A stretch of DNA of 64,000 bases, taken from the NCBI GenBank assembly GCA_044869275.1, contig JBIOXB010000034.1:32001-96000 (forward strand), read 5' to 3'. The translations under genes were made by a program, and so were the position numbers. Position 1 is the stretch's first letter. Every line of letters begins with the position of its first letter. The notes under the pieces were generated by a model. It worked only from the letters and a program-made list of their open reading frames with translations. It was not told where the DNA came from and did not search any database. Origin of the DNA: a bacterium (GTDB lineage Bacteria > Zhuqueibacterota > Zhuqueibacteria > Zhuqueibacterales > Zhuqueibacteraceae). This document shows positions 1-10,274 of the stretch, one piece after another.

Positions 1-21
1 AGATTTGTTGGGAGCTTAAAC

Positions 22-252
22 ATGGATAAGCCGCTGTTTCCACGGCCCTCCGAACTGCCCTCATCCGCGCGTCATTTTGATGAAGCTATCTACAGCCGGC
101 TAACCCAGGCGCGCGAATTCATCAGCGATTGTTACGACCAACCTCTCGATTTGCAGCAAATTTCCCGGCAGGCATTTTTCTCGCCTTACCATTTCCTGCG
201 TTTGTTCCGCTGCGGCAATTGGTTCAGCATGACGCAGCATCTGCAAAACTAG
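22..252 (+). pseudogene. AraC-family transcriptional regulator, truncated after the first HTH
   Basis: GGAG RBS then ATG. 'AREFISDCYDQPLDLQQISRQAFFSPYHFLRLFR' is the first AraC HTH; similarity then stops and the second HTH is absent. Confidence 0.7.
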
Positions 253-266
253 AAAGAGCTCCCCCA

Positions 267-875
267 ATGGCAAAGAAAGATCCTGGAGTAGATGCCTACC
301 TTGTCAAGGCTGCCGATTTTGCAAAACCCATATTGCAGCACCTCAGAAAGCTGGTCCATGAAGCATGCCCGGAAGTAGAAGAGACGCTCAAGTGGGGATT
401 TCCACATTTCATGTATAAAGGAAATCTGTGCAGCATGGCGGCTTTTAAGGGTCATTGCACATTCGGCTTTTGGAAAGGCGCAATGTTCGTTGCTAAAGAC
501 CACGCGCATGCCAAAAATGACGCGATGGGCGAGTTTGGCAGAATAACCGCCATCTCGGATCTGCCCAAGGATCGCATCTTGATCGGCTACGTCAAGCAGG
601 CGGTCAAGCTGAACGAAGAAGGCATTAAATTGCCGGCGAAACCCAAGCCAAAAACAAAAAAAGCGCCAAAGGCGCCAGCGTATTTCATGGAAGCGCTGAA
701 GAAGAACAAGCAGGCGCTGAGGACTTTCGAGAACTTCAGCCCAAGTCACAAGAAGGAGTATGTGGAATGGATTGCCGAAGCAAAAAGCGCAGAGACCAGG
801 GCTAGAAGAATAGAAACTGCATTGGAATGGATGGCAGAGGGCAAAGTGAGGAATTGGAAGTATATCAGGAAATAG
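267..875 (+). CDS. YdeI/OmpD-associated family protein (DUF1801 + OmdA-like C-terminus)
   Basis: 'VDAYL..AADFAKPILQHLRKLVHEACPEVEETLKWGFPHF' and 'FENFSPSHKKEYVEWIAEAKSAETRARRI..ALEWMAEGKVRNWKY'. Start moved to ATG 267. Confidence 0.85.
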   Translation: MAKKDPGVDAYLVKAADFAKPILQHLRKLVHEACPEVEETLKWGFPHFMYKGNLCSMAAFKGHCTFGFWKGAMFVAKDHAHAKNDAMGEFGRITAISDLPKDRILIGYVKQAVKLNEEGIKLPAKPKPKTKKAPKAPAYFMEALKKNKQALRTFENFSPSHKKEYVEWIAEAKSAETRARRIETALEWMAEGKVRNWKYIRK

Positions 876-925
876 ATAGGCGGATTCCAAATTCGCAGAA
901 CCTAAACAGGAGAGGAGGAAGTCAC

Positions 926-1486
926 ATGAATCAAAAAGCGATTCTCGGCGCCGTGCTGGCCGGCGTGGTGGTGTTTTTTTGGGGCGCGGTCTCGCACATG
1001 CTGCTGGGCGTGGGCGAATCGAGCATGCAGGCGTTCAAAGACGAGGCCGCGGTTGAGCGGGTGTTGCTGGACAACGTCTCCGGTTCCGGGGTTTACATGC
1101 TACCGGGCATGAAACCGGGCGCGGACGCCGCGGCGGAAGCTGCGGCCATGGAAAAAATGAAAACCGGCCCGTTCGTGTTTGTGTCCCTCCGGGGTGAAGG
1201 CATGCCTTCCATGGCCGCTCCCATGATCAAGCAACTGTTGATTGAAATCTTCGCCGGCCTGCTCCTCACCTGGCTGCTGACGCGCACCACCGGTTTGAGT
1301 TATCTCACCAGCGCTGCTTTCGTGGCAATCGCCGCGCTGGCAGGCACCATCAGCACCATTCTGCCGTTTTGGAATTGGTATGGCTTTTCTGCGGGCTTCG
1401 TGCTGTCGGATTTGCTTGATTCCCTCATTGGCTGGTTCCTGGGCGGATTGGTGATTGGCAAATTTGTGCGGCCGCAAAAGCCGTAA
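926..1486 (+). CDS. Hypothetical integral membrane protein (about 4 TM helices)
   Basis: Strong GGAGGA RBS before ATG 926; several hydrophobic helices; 'WNWYGFS' motif. Confidence 0.75.
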   Translation: MNQKAILGAVLAGVVVFFWGAVSHMLLGVGESSMQAFKDEAAVERVLLDNVSGSGVYMLPGMKPGADAAAEAAAMEKMKTGPFVFVSLRGEGMPSMAAPMIKQLLIEIFAGLLLTWLLTRTTGLSYLTSAAFVAIAALAGTISTILPFWNWYGFSAGFVLSDLLDSLIGWFLGGLVIGKFVRPQKP

Positions 1487-1576
1487 AGATGGCACGACAG
1501 CTTTTCCGTTACTCGCCCATGAAGCGTGCCTGAGCACACCTGGACGAGTATGTGAGAGTTTTGATTGTAAAGCTCG

Positions 1577-1623
1577 AGGCGCAATGTTTGACGTGTGGTT
1601 TTTTTGAATCAAGCATTGCGCCT
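1577..1623. terminator. 15-bp stem hairpin between convergent genes
   Basis: aggcgcaatgtttga / tcaagcattgcgcct with one G-U pair, just past the stop of the giant gene; weak U tract. Confidence 0.4.
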
Positions 1624-1629
1624 TCGGCT

Positions 1630-4600
1630 TTATTTTGCCAGCACCATTTTCTTCGTCATGACATAGCCCTCCGCTTCCAGCCGATAATGGTACACCCCCG
1701 AGGGCACGGGATTACCGTGCAGATCGCGGCCGTTCCACAAGACCGTGTGATACCCTGCTTCGCGCATGCCATTCGCCAGCCGTGCCACCACCTGGCCGAG
1801 GCTGTTGTAGACGAACAGCCGCACCATGCCCGGCTTGGGCATTTGAAATTGAATGTTGGTGGTGGGGTTGAACGGGTTAGGATAATTCTGGCTGAGCTCG
1901 TAATTTTCCGGCAGCGCCAGCAGCGCTTGCACCGGACCGTGCAACGTCGATCTGCCGCTGGCATCAATGTCTTCGAGCTTGTAGTAGTAACGCGCGCCTG
2001 CTTCGACGGTCTGATCGACGAAGGTGTAATCGCCGTCGAGGCGCGGGGGAATGAGCTGCGTGGTAAGGCGTGTGTACGGCCCGCCGGCGCTGAGGCTGCG
2101 ATGCACGTGAAAGCCGATATTGTTGAACTCCGCGTTCGTGACCCAATGCAGAGTCACGGCCTTGGCACTCGCACTGGCGGAAAAGCTGCTTAAGGCCACC
2201 GGCACTTTCATGGCCCAATCCGTCATCACTTCATCCACGCCGTCGGATACAAAACACTGCACGTAAGTCAAACCGAGTACGCCGACGAAGTTGAAGCTAT
2301 TGCTGTTCGTGCCCACAATCTGGCCGTTTTGCAGCCAGCGGTAACTCAACCGGTCTTCGGGATCTTCATCCCGCGCATTCACACGCATGGTGAAACGCGC
2401 CACGCCGTCGGTACCGGGAATGAGAGTGGTATCCGCCCGCACCGGATCAGCGTTCCCCACCGGACTACGGCTCAGAATGATCGGCGGACGATTTCTATTG
2501 CCAATGGTAATGCGCACGACTTCGATATCGATGCCCCCCTTGCCGTCGCGCACGAGAATTTCCGGCTCATACATCCCCGCGCTGTTGTAATTCGTTTTCC
2601 AGGAAAAGGTGCGTGTGGCGAGGGAATCGAACGCAGCGCCGGGCGGCAGGTTGCGCGCGCCGAAAGACATGCCGTCGCCGTCGACATCGCTCGCGGTGAC
2701 GGTGAACTCCACGCGATCTTCTTCGATCGCGCGCAGATCCGGCACATCGACAAAAATCGGAAAATTGTTGGTGAACCCTGTGGCGGTGAACGTGAGGGCG
2801 GGAATCAAGTTGCCGCCGGCCTTGACCGCGTTCACGCGATTGGTGCCGGGGCTGTTGCCGAGCGTCAAGCTGGCCTCGGCAATACCACTGCTGTCGCTGG
2901 TGGCCGTCACCGCCGCACCAGCCCCGTTCAGAGCGCCGCCGCCACTGGTGATGACGAAATTCACCGCCTCGCCCACGGCCGGGTTGCCGAACGGATCGAG
3001 CAACTTCACCTGCAGCGGGAAATTGAGCGGCTTGCCGATGGTGCCGCCTTGATTGTTCGTGCGCGGCACCGCATTCATACTCACCGCGGCCGCCGGTTGC
3101 GCATACACCATGATGGTCATGGGCGAGCCGGATAGGCTCCCGGCCACGGCGCGCACCTTGCGATAGCCGCTGACATTGTCAAAATTCAGCCGGGTGCTGG
3201 CAAAACCGCCGCTTGCGGTTTGCACGCGCGTTTGTGTGAGCACCCCTGTGCCCTGCGCCAGCTCGAAATCAACGGTGTAGCCGTCGACGCCGTTACCCAG
3301 CGCATCGACGACGCGTACTTGAATCGGGCCGGATTGGCCGCCGACCGGACCCTTTACGATGTCACCAGGCACTGCATTCGCGACGCAACAGGCGCGCCCG
3401 CCGATGGCTTGCGCGCTGAAGTCGAACGGCGAGCCGGTCAAACCCTCGGCACTCGCGCGCACGGCATTGAGACCGGCCTGCAGCCCGAGTGTCCAGGTCG
3501 CCTCGGCCTCGCCGAATTCATTGGTTAGTACCGTGCTCGCGCTCAACGCGCCGTTGCCGAACGTCACTTGAAAATTGACCGGTCTGCTGAAAACCGCTTT
3601 GCCGTTGGCGTCGGCCACTTTCACGACGATCGGTGCGGCCAGAGTCTCGCCGGCGATGCCGCTTTGCTCGTTACCGGAAACATAAATCAGATTTCTCGCG
3701 GGCAGATCAACGGCATTCACAAAAAATCCAACCGGTGAGCCGTTCAAACCCTGCGCTTCGGCGCGAATCTGGCTTTCGCCTTGCGTGTTGCCGAAGATGA
3801 AAAAAACACGGGCCACGCCGTTACCGTCCGACAGCACAGTTTCATTGCTCGCGCCGTTGCTCATCTTGCCCGCACCGCTGTACAAGCGGAACGTGACCGG
3901 GTGGTTGAGCACGCCGTTGCCGTAGCGGTCGGCAACTCGTACACTCAAAGGCACATCCACCGCGGTGTTGAGGTTGCCGGTTTGACCGTTTCCGCCTTGC
4001 GGCGAGATGCGAGCGGCATTCAGAGGTGTAAACTGCACCGTCGCGCCATTGGTAATTCTAATGCCGCCGGGAATATACGCGGTCACCGTTTTCGTCCCGG
4101 ATTTGGTCGAAGTAAACTTGCCCGTGGCGCGGCCTTGGGCATTGGTCTGCTGCACCGGCTGCGTGATGTCGTTCGGTTGATTGGTGACTTCGATGATGAC
4201 GGTTTCCCCCGAAACGGGATTGCCAAAACTGTCTTGCACCTCCACCGTCACCCCCACTTCCGTGGTGCCGTCCGCCAGTGCCGTGCCGGTGGAGGTGATC
4301 ACTCTCGAGGTCGCCTGACTCGGCAATCCCGCCCTGGCAAAAGCCACAAAGCGCAAAGGTGAATTTGTCAACGGCCCGACGCCGTCGGTGGAGGTGGCGG
4401 TAACGATCTGGCTGTCGGGCAGCACCGTTCCACCTAACGTGAGCTTGAGCGCGGCCACGCCCGTGGCGTTCGTAAACACGGTCGAATCGCTGCGGCCATT
4501 GGCGAACTTGCCGCCGCCGCGGGTGACGCGGAAAGCCACCGCGTGCTCCGGCACCGGGTTGCCTTTATCGTCGTTCACGCGCACGCTGAAATTCTGTGCC

Positions 4601-7600
4601 AACGGCGAACCGGCTCGCCCGGTTTGGCGATTGCCGGTGGTCGCGAGCATCGCACGCGCGCGGCTGGCCGTGGCGGTGGCATAGAACCTCATGGGAGAAT
4701 TGCGCAGAGAAATCGAGCCGTTGGAGGCGCGCGCTTCCACCACATTGTTGAACTGGCCGCCCGTGGTACTCGTCCCGAGCGTCAAGGTGATTTGTGCTTT
4801 GCCGTCCGCTTGAGTGGTCACCGTATCCCGCTGCTGGCCGCCAATGGACCCGCCGCCTGAGACGACGCGGAATATGACGTCGATGCCGGCCACGCCATTA
4901 CCGTAACGATCGCCGGCTTTGGCCACGAACGGCACGGGCATGAGATTGCCAACCACGCCTCTGCTGCTATCGCCGCTCACTTTGATGAGCGAGTCCGGCG
5001 CCGCCGCTTGCGCCACTGCTCTGAACACGCGGGGCGAGCCGGGCAACGCGGGCGTAATCGTCGCGGTGACGCGATTTTCAATCGGTTGTGTGCCCAGTAA
5101 GTATCTAATCGGCGCACGACCCGAAGTATCCGTGGTCACCTCTTTTGAAGCGCCGCCGCCTTCGAAGCTGCCGCCTCCGGCCGTGACTTCGAACTTCACT
5201 TTCTGGCCGGGCACTTTGGTGTTGTTCGAATCCACCACCGACATGACGAACGGTTGCGCCAAAAAGCTCCCCACCACGCCGCCTTGCTGATTGTCGCCCG
5301 ATTCGTATCTCAAATTCCTCAACCCGTAAGTGCGAATGCTGAAGGTCTTGGGCGAGCCATTGATGTTAGCGCCATTGGACGTGGCCGAGGCGCGCACTTG
5401 ATTCACCGCATTCGCCGCCGTGCCGCACACCAGCGTGGCGCGTGCAATGCCATCGACCTCGGTGAAAATCGTTTCCGCCAGTTTGTTGTTAATCGTGCCA
5501 TTGCCCTGCACGACTTCGAATTTTACCGGATAACCGGCAATCGGTTTGTTATCCGAAGTTTTGACAATAACCGCCAGCGGCGGGTTGATCGGCCGGCCGG
5601 CGGTGGCACGTTGCCCGGAATTCCCGAAAATGGCGAAACTGCCCGGCACCGTCGCTGTAGCCGTGAAGGTCACTTTGTCCGGATTCAAACCAGTAGCCGC
5701 GGCCTCGACCGTATTGGGTGTGTTATTCCCAGAACCGATCGTGTAAGTGACGCTTGCCAGCCCTTGTATATCCGTCTTCACGGTTTTCGTGCTGACGTTG
5801 CCTTCGAGCTTGCCTGCGGCGGTGCCAATTGAAGTCACTCTAAAAGTCACATCGACGTTGGCCACGCCGTTCACGCCGGTCATGTCTGCTACTTTCGCAA
5901 CAAAGGGCAGGGGCAAGGGCTGGCCCGCCGAGCCGACTTGATTGTTTCCGCTCTCTGCCTGCAGTTGCGCTTTGGCTCCGGCCTCGGCAGTCGCCGTGAA
6001 TACCAACGGTGAGCCGGTCAAAATGGCACCGCCTGAGATGCCGGAAATCGCAATCCGTTGCGTGCCCGCCGTGTCACCCAGAGTCCAGGAAGTTGCCAGC
6101 CGGCCGGTGCTGTTGGTGGCCGGAACGATTTGTACGTCGTCGATGAAGAAATTACTCGCTTTGCCGTCTGTGACAAAGCTGAGCGACCGGTTGCCGGCCT
6201 GCGCATTATTTTCGATCAAACGATACTTCGTCCAGGTATTGCCCGAGCCGGATTGGTGAAGGTCGAGAGTTCTGCCGCCCGCGCCATTGTCCAACAGCCA
6301 GCGCACGCGCGCCGAGCCCGTGGTCACCTTGGCCCAAAATGTCAAAATGTAATTCGTATTCGCGGCATAGGCGGCAGATTGGCTGATGCCTACTTCCGCG
6401 GCACGGCTCGCATTGACTTGCAAGCTGAGCGCACCGGCTTTGGGGTCGGTGGTGCTCAAGCTCACTTCATTATTTGCCGGGCTGTTCTCGCCAGTCCAAC
6501 TTGCCGGAAGCGCGCCGTTGTTCGCTTCAAAACTGGGATTGAGCAAACTAACATTGGCAGCGAGCGAGCCGCCGCCGCGTTGCGAGGTGAGCTTCAAGGG
6601 CACATTCGGCACGCCCGTGGTGCCGCCAGTATCCGTCACCCGCGCTTCAACATTGGCCGGCAGCGCGGTTCTGATTCTTGCCGTCTGGCCGTCGCCGCTA
6701 GTGCGCGCCATCTTGGCTGGCTGTCCGCCGCTCGCCGTGGCCGTGAAAACAATCGTGCCCAAGCTGGTGGCGCCGTCCTGTTTCACGCTGCGGGCTTCCA
6801 CACGGTTGTTAGTCTGCAACACACCCAGCGTTAAAATCGTGGTGGCTTTGCCGTTGAGGTCGGTCGCGCTGACGTAGTTGCTCAATTTGCCGTCGCCGCC
6901 GGTGATCACCCAACTCACTTTGTGATTCGCCACCGTGTTGCCTCCGGCGTCTTGTACGGTGACGGTGAAGGGTTGAGATAATGTGGAACCAAACGTGCCG
7001 GTTTGCGCATCGCCGCTGGTTTTGGCCATGCTCTGTGCCGCACCGCCGCTGGCTGTTGCCTTGAAAACCGCGGCCGGAAGAGTGCCATATTTCGCGGAGA
7101 TGTTGATTTCGCCCGCCTGGCTCCCGACCAAGACTTGCGCGCGTGCGAAACCATCGGCATCGGTGGTGAAACCGGGGTCTTCCAAGCCGCTGGGAACGAA
7201 ATTGGTATTCGCAGTGACGATAATCTTATCAAGATGCGTTTCTTTGCGCTGCGCATGAAACTCGATGCTATGCTGGCCGGGGGTGAAATTGAAAACTTTG
7301 GTGGTAAAAGATGTGCCGTTGGACTCCGTCAGCAAGTCCCAGTCCCACACCTGGCTGATCCCACGTTGAAATACTTCGTAGGTAAACAAAGCGCCGTTAT
7401 CCACGCGCACGCTCCATACGCCGTATGGCGTTTCCTCGCGCCGGCTGCGCGTCCAAATACGATAACTCCCGGCCGTGGTGATGTTGAAGGTCAGCTTGAC
7501 ATTGGCATCCAATGAGGCCGAGTTGGGATAAGAGACGTAACTCCCGCGCGAGGCCTCATTATCGGGGCGCGTTTCTATCGGGCCGGTGATTACACCAGAT

Positions 7601-10116
7601 TCCGCTTCCACGCGAATGCCGCCGTCGCTCGCCCGCGGCGTTTCCACGGTGGCAGTCCCTTTGGTGACGGTGTAGATAACCGGTTTGCCCGTCACCGGAT
7701 TGTTGTCGGCGTCGATCAGTTTCACCACCAGCTCGTTTTCCAGCCGCTGTTCCACCGAGCCGATTTGATTGTCGCCGGAGATTTTGCTGAGATTGCTGGC
7801 TTCTTTGATGGGCACGGCAACGGTGAATTCTTCTATTGCATTTTCGGTGGGATTGACCAGGCCCTCGAGCATGAATCCGGCGAATTTGCCGTTTTCGAGT
7901 TTGGGAACATCTTCAAATATGCGATCTATCTCTCCATTTATATAAACCGTCAGGACGTACGTATCTGCTGCGAGGCCGGGGCTGTATTCCACAGAGATCA
8001 CCGCACCCGCTTGAGGCGCGATTTGGGATACCGAGTTTCTGTTTTCAATCTGATTCGTGATGACGCCATTCTGAACCAGGAAAAGCCCGATTTTGTCAAA
8101 TCCACCTTCGGGCGACAATCGCCGAATCAAATAACCCGTCGGTGTTGCGGAGGTATCTGCCATCACCAGAATTCCGAGATCGCGGCCGCCGGGAATGGTG
8201 ACTTCCGGGCCCAATTTCATCGAAATTTCCTGCACATTCTGTCGCGTTTTGAGCACGGCGAATTGCGTGCTGGTGCCCGGGTTCTGCGCCGTGCCCGCGG
8301 CCGCGCGTATGCTCGGTCCCGTGACCCAATCCTTGCCCAAGCCGGCGGTAGAAGTGCGTTCGAATTTGTCCGTCTTCACCGCGAGCGCGGCGGTTTTGAA
8401 CGGCGTCGCGCCGCCGGCGATTTTGGAGGCATTACCCACTTCATCCATCGCCTTGACCGCGACATAGTATTCCGTATTGCCTTCCAACCCGGTAATGGTA
8501 ATTGTTTCTTCACTGCCCGCGGAGCTGGGTGTTTTGATGCCGGCCGCACGTGGCGCCGCGCCGAAATTATTGGCCGTGATCGGCGCTTGCGAATAACGCA
8601 CGTCGTATGAGCTGGCAGCGCCGATGTTGCCGTCGTCGCCAGGAGCCGTAAACGTGATGGTAAGAGCAGACGAAGATGAGGCTTTGAGCTGCACATTGGT
8701 GATATCCCCGGGCGAAACCAGGTCGCTTTCAGTCGTGGCCACAAATTGATCAACGCCGTTGTTGGTAGCGCCGTTGATCATGACGCCGCTATACAACTTC
8801 GCGCCGCGGCCTTGCACACGATTGGGATCGCGCAGCGTGCTGGAATAAATGCCGTTGTTGGTATTGACCGTCACGGTAAATTTGTGACCTTGCTCATCGC
8901 GCGTGATCTCGACCTGGAATTGATCTCCCGGCTCCGGCGGGGGCGCGAGCGATTCGGTTTGGTCGATCAGGTTGCTTCCGGTCGTGCCATTGGTAACTTC
9001 ATAAAGCCGGAGTAATCCGGGATTTTGATCGGACTTGAAAAAGATCAGATACCCGCTCGCATCCGGCAGGTCCTTGTCCAGCATGACCGCCAGCCCGGTG
9101 AAAGCTCGACCGATGGCATCGGAATTCGAACCATATTCGAAACTGATCACGCGCGGATTGATGAGAGTCTTGGCGACAGCCATGAAATCGAAACTGTCTT
9201 CCGCAGAAGTATTCACCATCTGATTAGCTTGAATCATGATGGCAGCGTGGGCAGCCCAGGTGGTTGTTCCCAGGCTGGCACGTTGAAAGTCATCGGTGAA
9301 TTTTACCGGTGAAGGCGAGTGCCGCGCTTCGAGCGCGCTGAACCAAGACAAGGCGATTTCCTGATACCCGCGATCGGTGGGATGAATTTTGTCGTCCGGA
9401 TCAACTTTGTCCGCCGACAAATCCATGTCCACCAAGGTGACATCATAGCCGTTCGTTTTTTTCCCCGATACCAGGCCGATGAGCGCGTTGTTCAATTCCA
9501 CGACTTGCGGCTGTTTGTTGTCGGTGCGGGAAGACACCTCGCCCAGATAAATCTCAATCTGGCTATTGTAGTTGTAGATGTTGTCAAGAATGGCGCCAAT
9601 GGTGTTACGAATGGTTCCCGGCAGTACGCCGTCGGTGATGTCATTGGTGCCGATCATCAAAAACACGACTTGGGGCGGGTTGCTTTCCAAAAAGCGGCGC
9701 ACGTTATCGCGAATGAATGCGGCATTTTGGCCGGGCCAGCCTTCATGTTGTTTGTCAACCATGGAGTCGGGACCGGTGCTCAAGCTGCCCACGAAATCGC
9801 ACTGGAGATTATCGCTGGGATTGCCCGGTTGACCTGGAAAATAGAGATCCGTCAGCCAGGAGCGATAGCCGGCGTTGTCGGATGATTTCGCGCCTTCGGT
9901 AATGGAATCGCCTAAAGGCATGATGCGCAATTGCGCTTGGGCTTCACTCTGTATAAAAAGGCCAGCCCACAAGATCATCAGCCCGGTCGCGCGCCGGCTC
10001 AGCTTTTTTCCTGCCTGAAAAATTTTGCCAATCATGCTCGTCCCGCACGCTGCGTGCCCTCTTGCTTTCACGGTGCTGTGCTCCATGGTGTGATTCGCTT
10101 GCGAAAGTGAACTCAT
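1630..10116 (-). CDS. Giant secreted protein: SGNH/GDSL esterase, FN3, about 13 Big/invasin-like Ig repeats, inserted CBM-like domains, cadherin-like domain, T9SS/FlgD-type C-terminal domain
   Basis: 2828-aa ORF. Signal-like '..AGLFIQSEAQA'; SGNH blocks LGDSITEG / IGTND / DKIHP; FN3 'FTAPGDDG..YDVRYS'; repeated 'SG[DN]xQ.G...L..P..V.V.D..GN.V.G..V.F.V..G.G'; tail 'LSQNYPNPFNPTT...KKMVLAK'. Start could be 10116, 10086 or 10035. Confidence 0.9.
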   Translation of the reverse strand: MSSLSQANHTMEHSTVKARGHAACGTSMIGKIFQAGKKLSRRATGLMILWAGLFIQSEAQAQLRIMPLGDSITEGAKSSDNAGYRSWLTDLYFPGQPGNPSDNLQCDFVGSLSTGPDSMVDKQHEGWPGQNAAFIRDNVRRFLESNPPQVVFLMIGTNDITDGVLPGTIRNTIGAILDNIYNYNSQIEIYLGEVSSRTDNKQPQVVELNNALIGLVSGKKTNGYDVTLVDMDLSADKVDPDDKIHPTDRGYQEIALSWFSALEARHSPSPVKFTDDFQRASLGTTTWAAHAAIMIQANQMVNTSAEDSFDFMAVAKTLINPRVISFEYGSNSDAIGRAFTGLAVMLDKDLPDASGYLIFFKSDQNPGLLRLYEVTNGTTGSNLIDQTESLAPPPEPGDQFQVEITRDEQGHKFTVTVNTNNGIYSSTLRDPNRVQGRGAKLYSGVMINGATNNGVDQFVATTESDLVSPGDITNVQLKASSSSALTITFTAPGDDGNIGAASSYDVRYSQAPITANNFGAAPRAAGIKTPSSAGSEETITITGLEGNTEYYVAVKAMDEVGNASKIAGGATPFKTAALAVKTDKFERTSTAGLGKDWVTGPSIRAAAGTAQNPGTSTQFAVLKTRQNVQEISMKLGPEVTIPGGRDLGILVMADTSATPTGYLIRRLSPEGGFDKIGLFLVQNGVITNQIENRNSVSQIAPQAGAVISVEYSPGLAADTYVLTVYINGEIDRIFEDVPKLENGKFAGFMLEGLVNPTENAIEEFTVAVPIKEASNLSKISGDNQIGSVEQRLENELVVKLIDADNNPVTGKPVIYTVTKGTATVETPRASDGGIRVEAESGVITGPIETRPDNEASRGSYVSYPNSASLDANVKLTFNITTAGSYRIWTRSRREETPYGVWSVRVDNGALFTYEVFQRGISQVWDWDLLTESNGTSFTTKVFNFTPGQHSIEFHAQRKETHLDKIIVTANTNFVPSGLEDPGFTTDADGFARAQVLVGSQAGEINISAKYGTLPAAVFKATASGGAAQSMAKTSGDAQTGTFGSTLSQPFTVTVQDAGGNTVANHKVSWVITGGDGKLSNYVSATDLNGKATTILTLGVLQTNNRVEARSVKQDGATSLGTIVFTATASGGQPAKMARTSGDGQTARIRTALPANVEARVTDTGGTTGVPNVPLKLTSQRGGGSLAANVSLLNPSFEANNGALPASWTGENSPANNEVSLSTTDPKAGALSLQVNASRAAEVGISQSAAYAANTNYILTFWAKVTTGSARVRWLLDNGAGGRTLDLHQSGSGNTWTKYRLIENNAQAGNRSLSFVTDGKASNFFIDDVQIVPATNSTGRLATSWTLGDTAGTQRIAISGISGGAILTGSPLVFTATAEAGAKAQLQAESGNNQVGSAGQPLPLPFVAKVADMTGVNGVANVDVTFRVTSIGTAAGKLEGNVSTKTVKTDIQGLASVTYTIGSGNNTPNTVEAAATGLNPDKVTFTATATVPGSFAIFGNSGQRATAGRPINPPLAVIVKTSDNKPIAGYPVKFEVVQGNGTINNKLAETIFTEVDGIARATLVCGTAANAVNQVRASATSNGANINGSPKTFSIRTYGLRNLRYESGDNQQGGVVGSFLAQPFVMSVVDSNNTKVPGQKVKFEVTAGGGSFEGGGASKEVTTDTSGRAPIRYLLGTQPIENRVTATITPALPGSPRVFRAVAQAAAPDSLIKVSGDSSRGVVGNLMPVPFVAKAGDRYGNGVAGIDVIFRVVSGGGSIGGQQRDTVTTQADGKAQITLTLGTSTTGGQFNNVVEARASNGSISLRNSPMRFYATATASRARAMLATTGNRQTGRAGSPLAQNFSVRVNDDKGNPVPEHAVAFRVTRGGGKFANGRSDSTVFTNATGVAALKLTLGGTVLPDSQIVTATSTDGVGPLTNSPLRFVAFARAGLPSQATSRVITSTGTALADGTTEVGVTVEVQDSFGNPVSGETVIIEVTNQPNDITQPVQQTNAQGRATGKFTSTKSGTKTVTAYIPGGIRITNGATVQFTPLNAARISPQGGNGQTGNLNTAVDVPLSVRVADRYGNGVLNHPVTFRLYSGAGKMSNGASNETVLSDGNGVARVFFIFGNTQGESQIRAEAQGLNGSPVGFFVNAVDLPARNLIYVSGNEQSGIAGETLAAPIVVKVADANGKAVFSRPVNFQVTFGNGALSASTVLTNEFGEAEATWTLGLQAGLNAVRASAEGLTGSPFDFSAQAIGGRACCVANAVPGDIVKGPVGGQSGPIQVRVVDALGNGVDGYTVDFELAQGTGVLTQTRVQTASGGFASTRLNFDNVSGYRKVRAVAGSLSGSPMTIMVYAQPAAAVSMNAVPRTNNQGGTIGKPLNFPLQVKLLDPFGNPAVGEAVNFVITSGGGALNGAGAAVTATSDSSGIAEASLTLGNSPGTNRVNAVKAGGNLIPALTFTATGFTNNFPIFVDVPDLRAIEEDRVEFTVTASDVDGDGMSFGARNLPPGAAFDSLATRTFSWKTNYNSAGMYEPEILVRDGKGGIDIEVVRITIGNRNRPPIILSRSPVGNADPVRADTTLIPGTDGVARFTMRVNARDEDPEDRLSYRWLQNGQIVGTNSNSFNFVGVLGLTYVQCFVSDGVDEVMTDWAMKVPVALSSFSASASAKAVTLHWVTNAEFNNIGFHVHRSLSAGGPYTRLTTQLIPPRLDGDYTFVDQTVEAGARYYYKLEDIDASGRSTLHGPVQALLALPENYELSQNYPNPFNPTTNIQFQMPKPGMVRLFVYNSLGQVVARLANGMREAGYHTVLWNGRDLHGNPVPSGVYHYRLEAEGYVMTKKMVLAK

Positions 10117-10258
10117 GCCCTGTCATCTCGGTTCATGCCGCCCCGACGACTTGCCAGTCGCTGTTTCAAGCCGGAATCAATGCTTCAGAAAAGCCGCCCA
10201 CAAACGGCGGCGGCTCCCTGAGCGGTTTTTCTCAAATGAAAAGACGCCACAACATTGA

Positions 10259-10274
10259 CGCAATCGCTATGCCA
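10259..10274 (-). promoter_or_regulatory. Putative sigma-54 (-24/-12) promoter of the giant gene
   Basis: Minus strand TGGCAT-AGCGA-TTGCG fits TGGCAC-N5-TTGC with exact spacing, about 140 nt upstream of ATG 10116. Confidence 0.6.
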
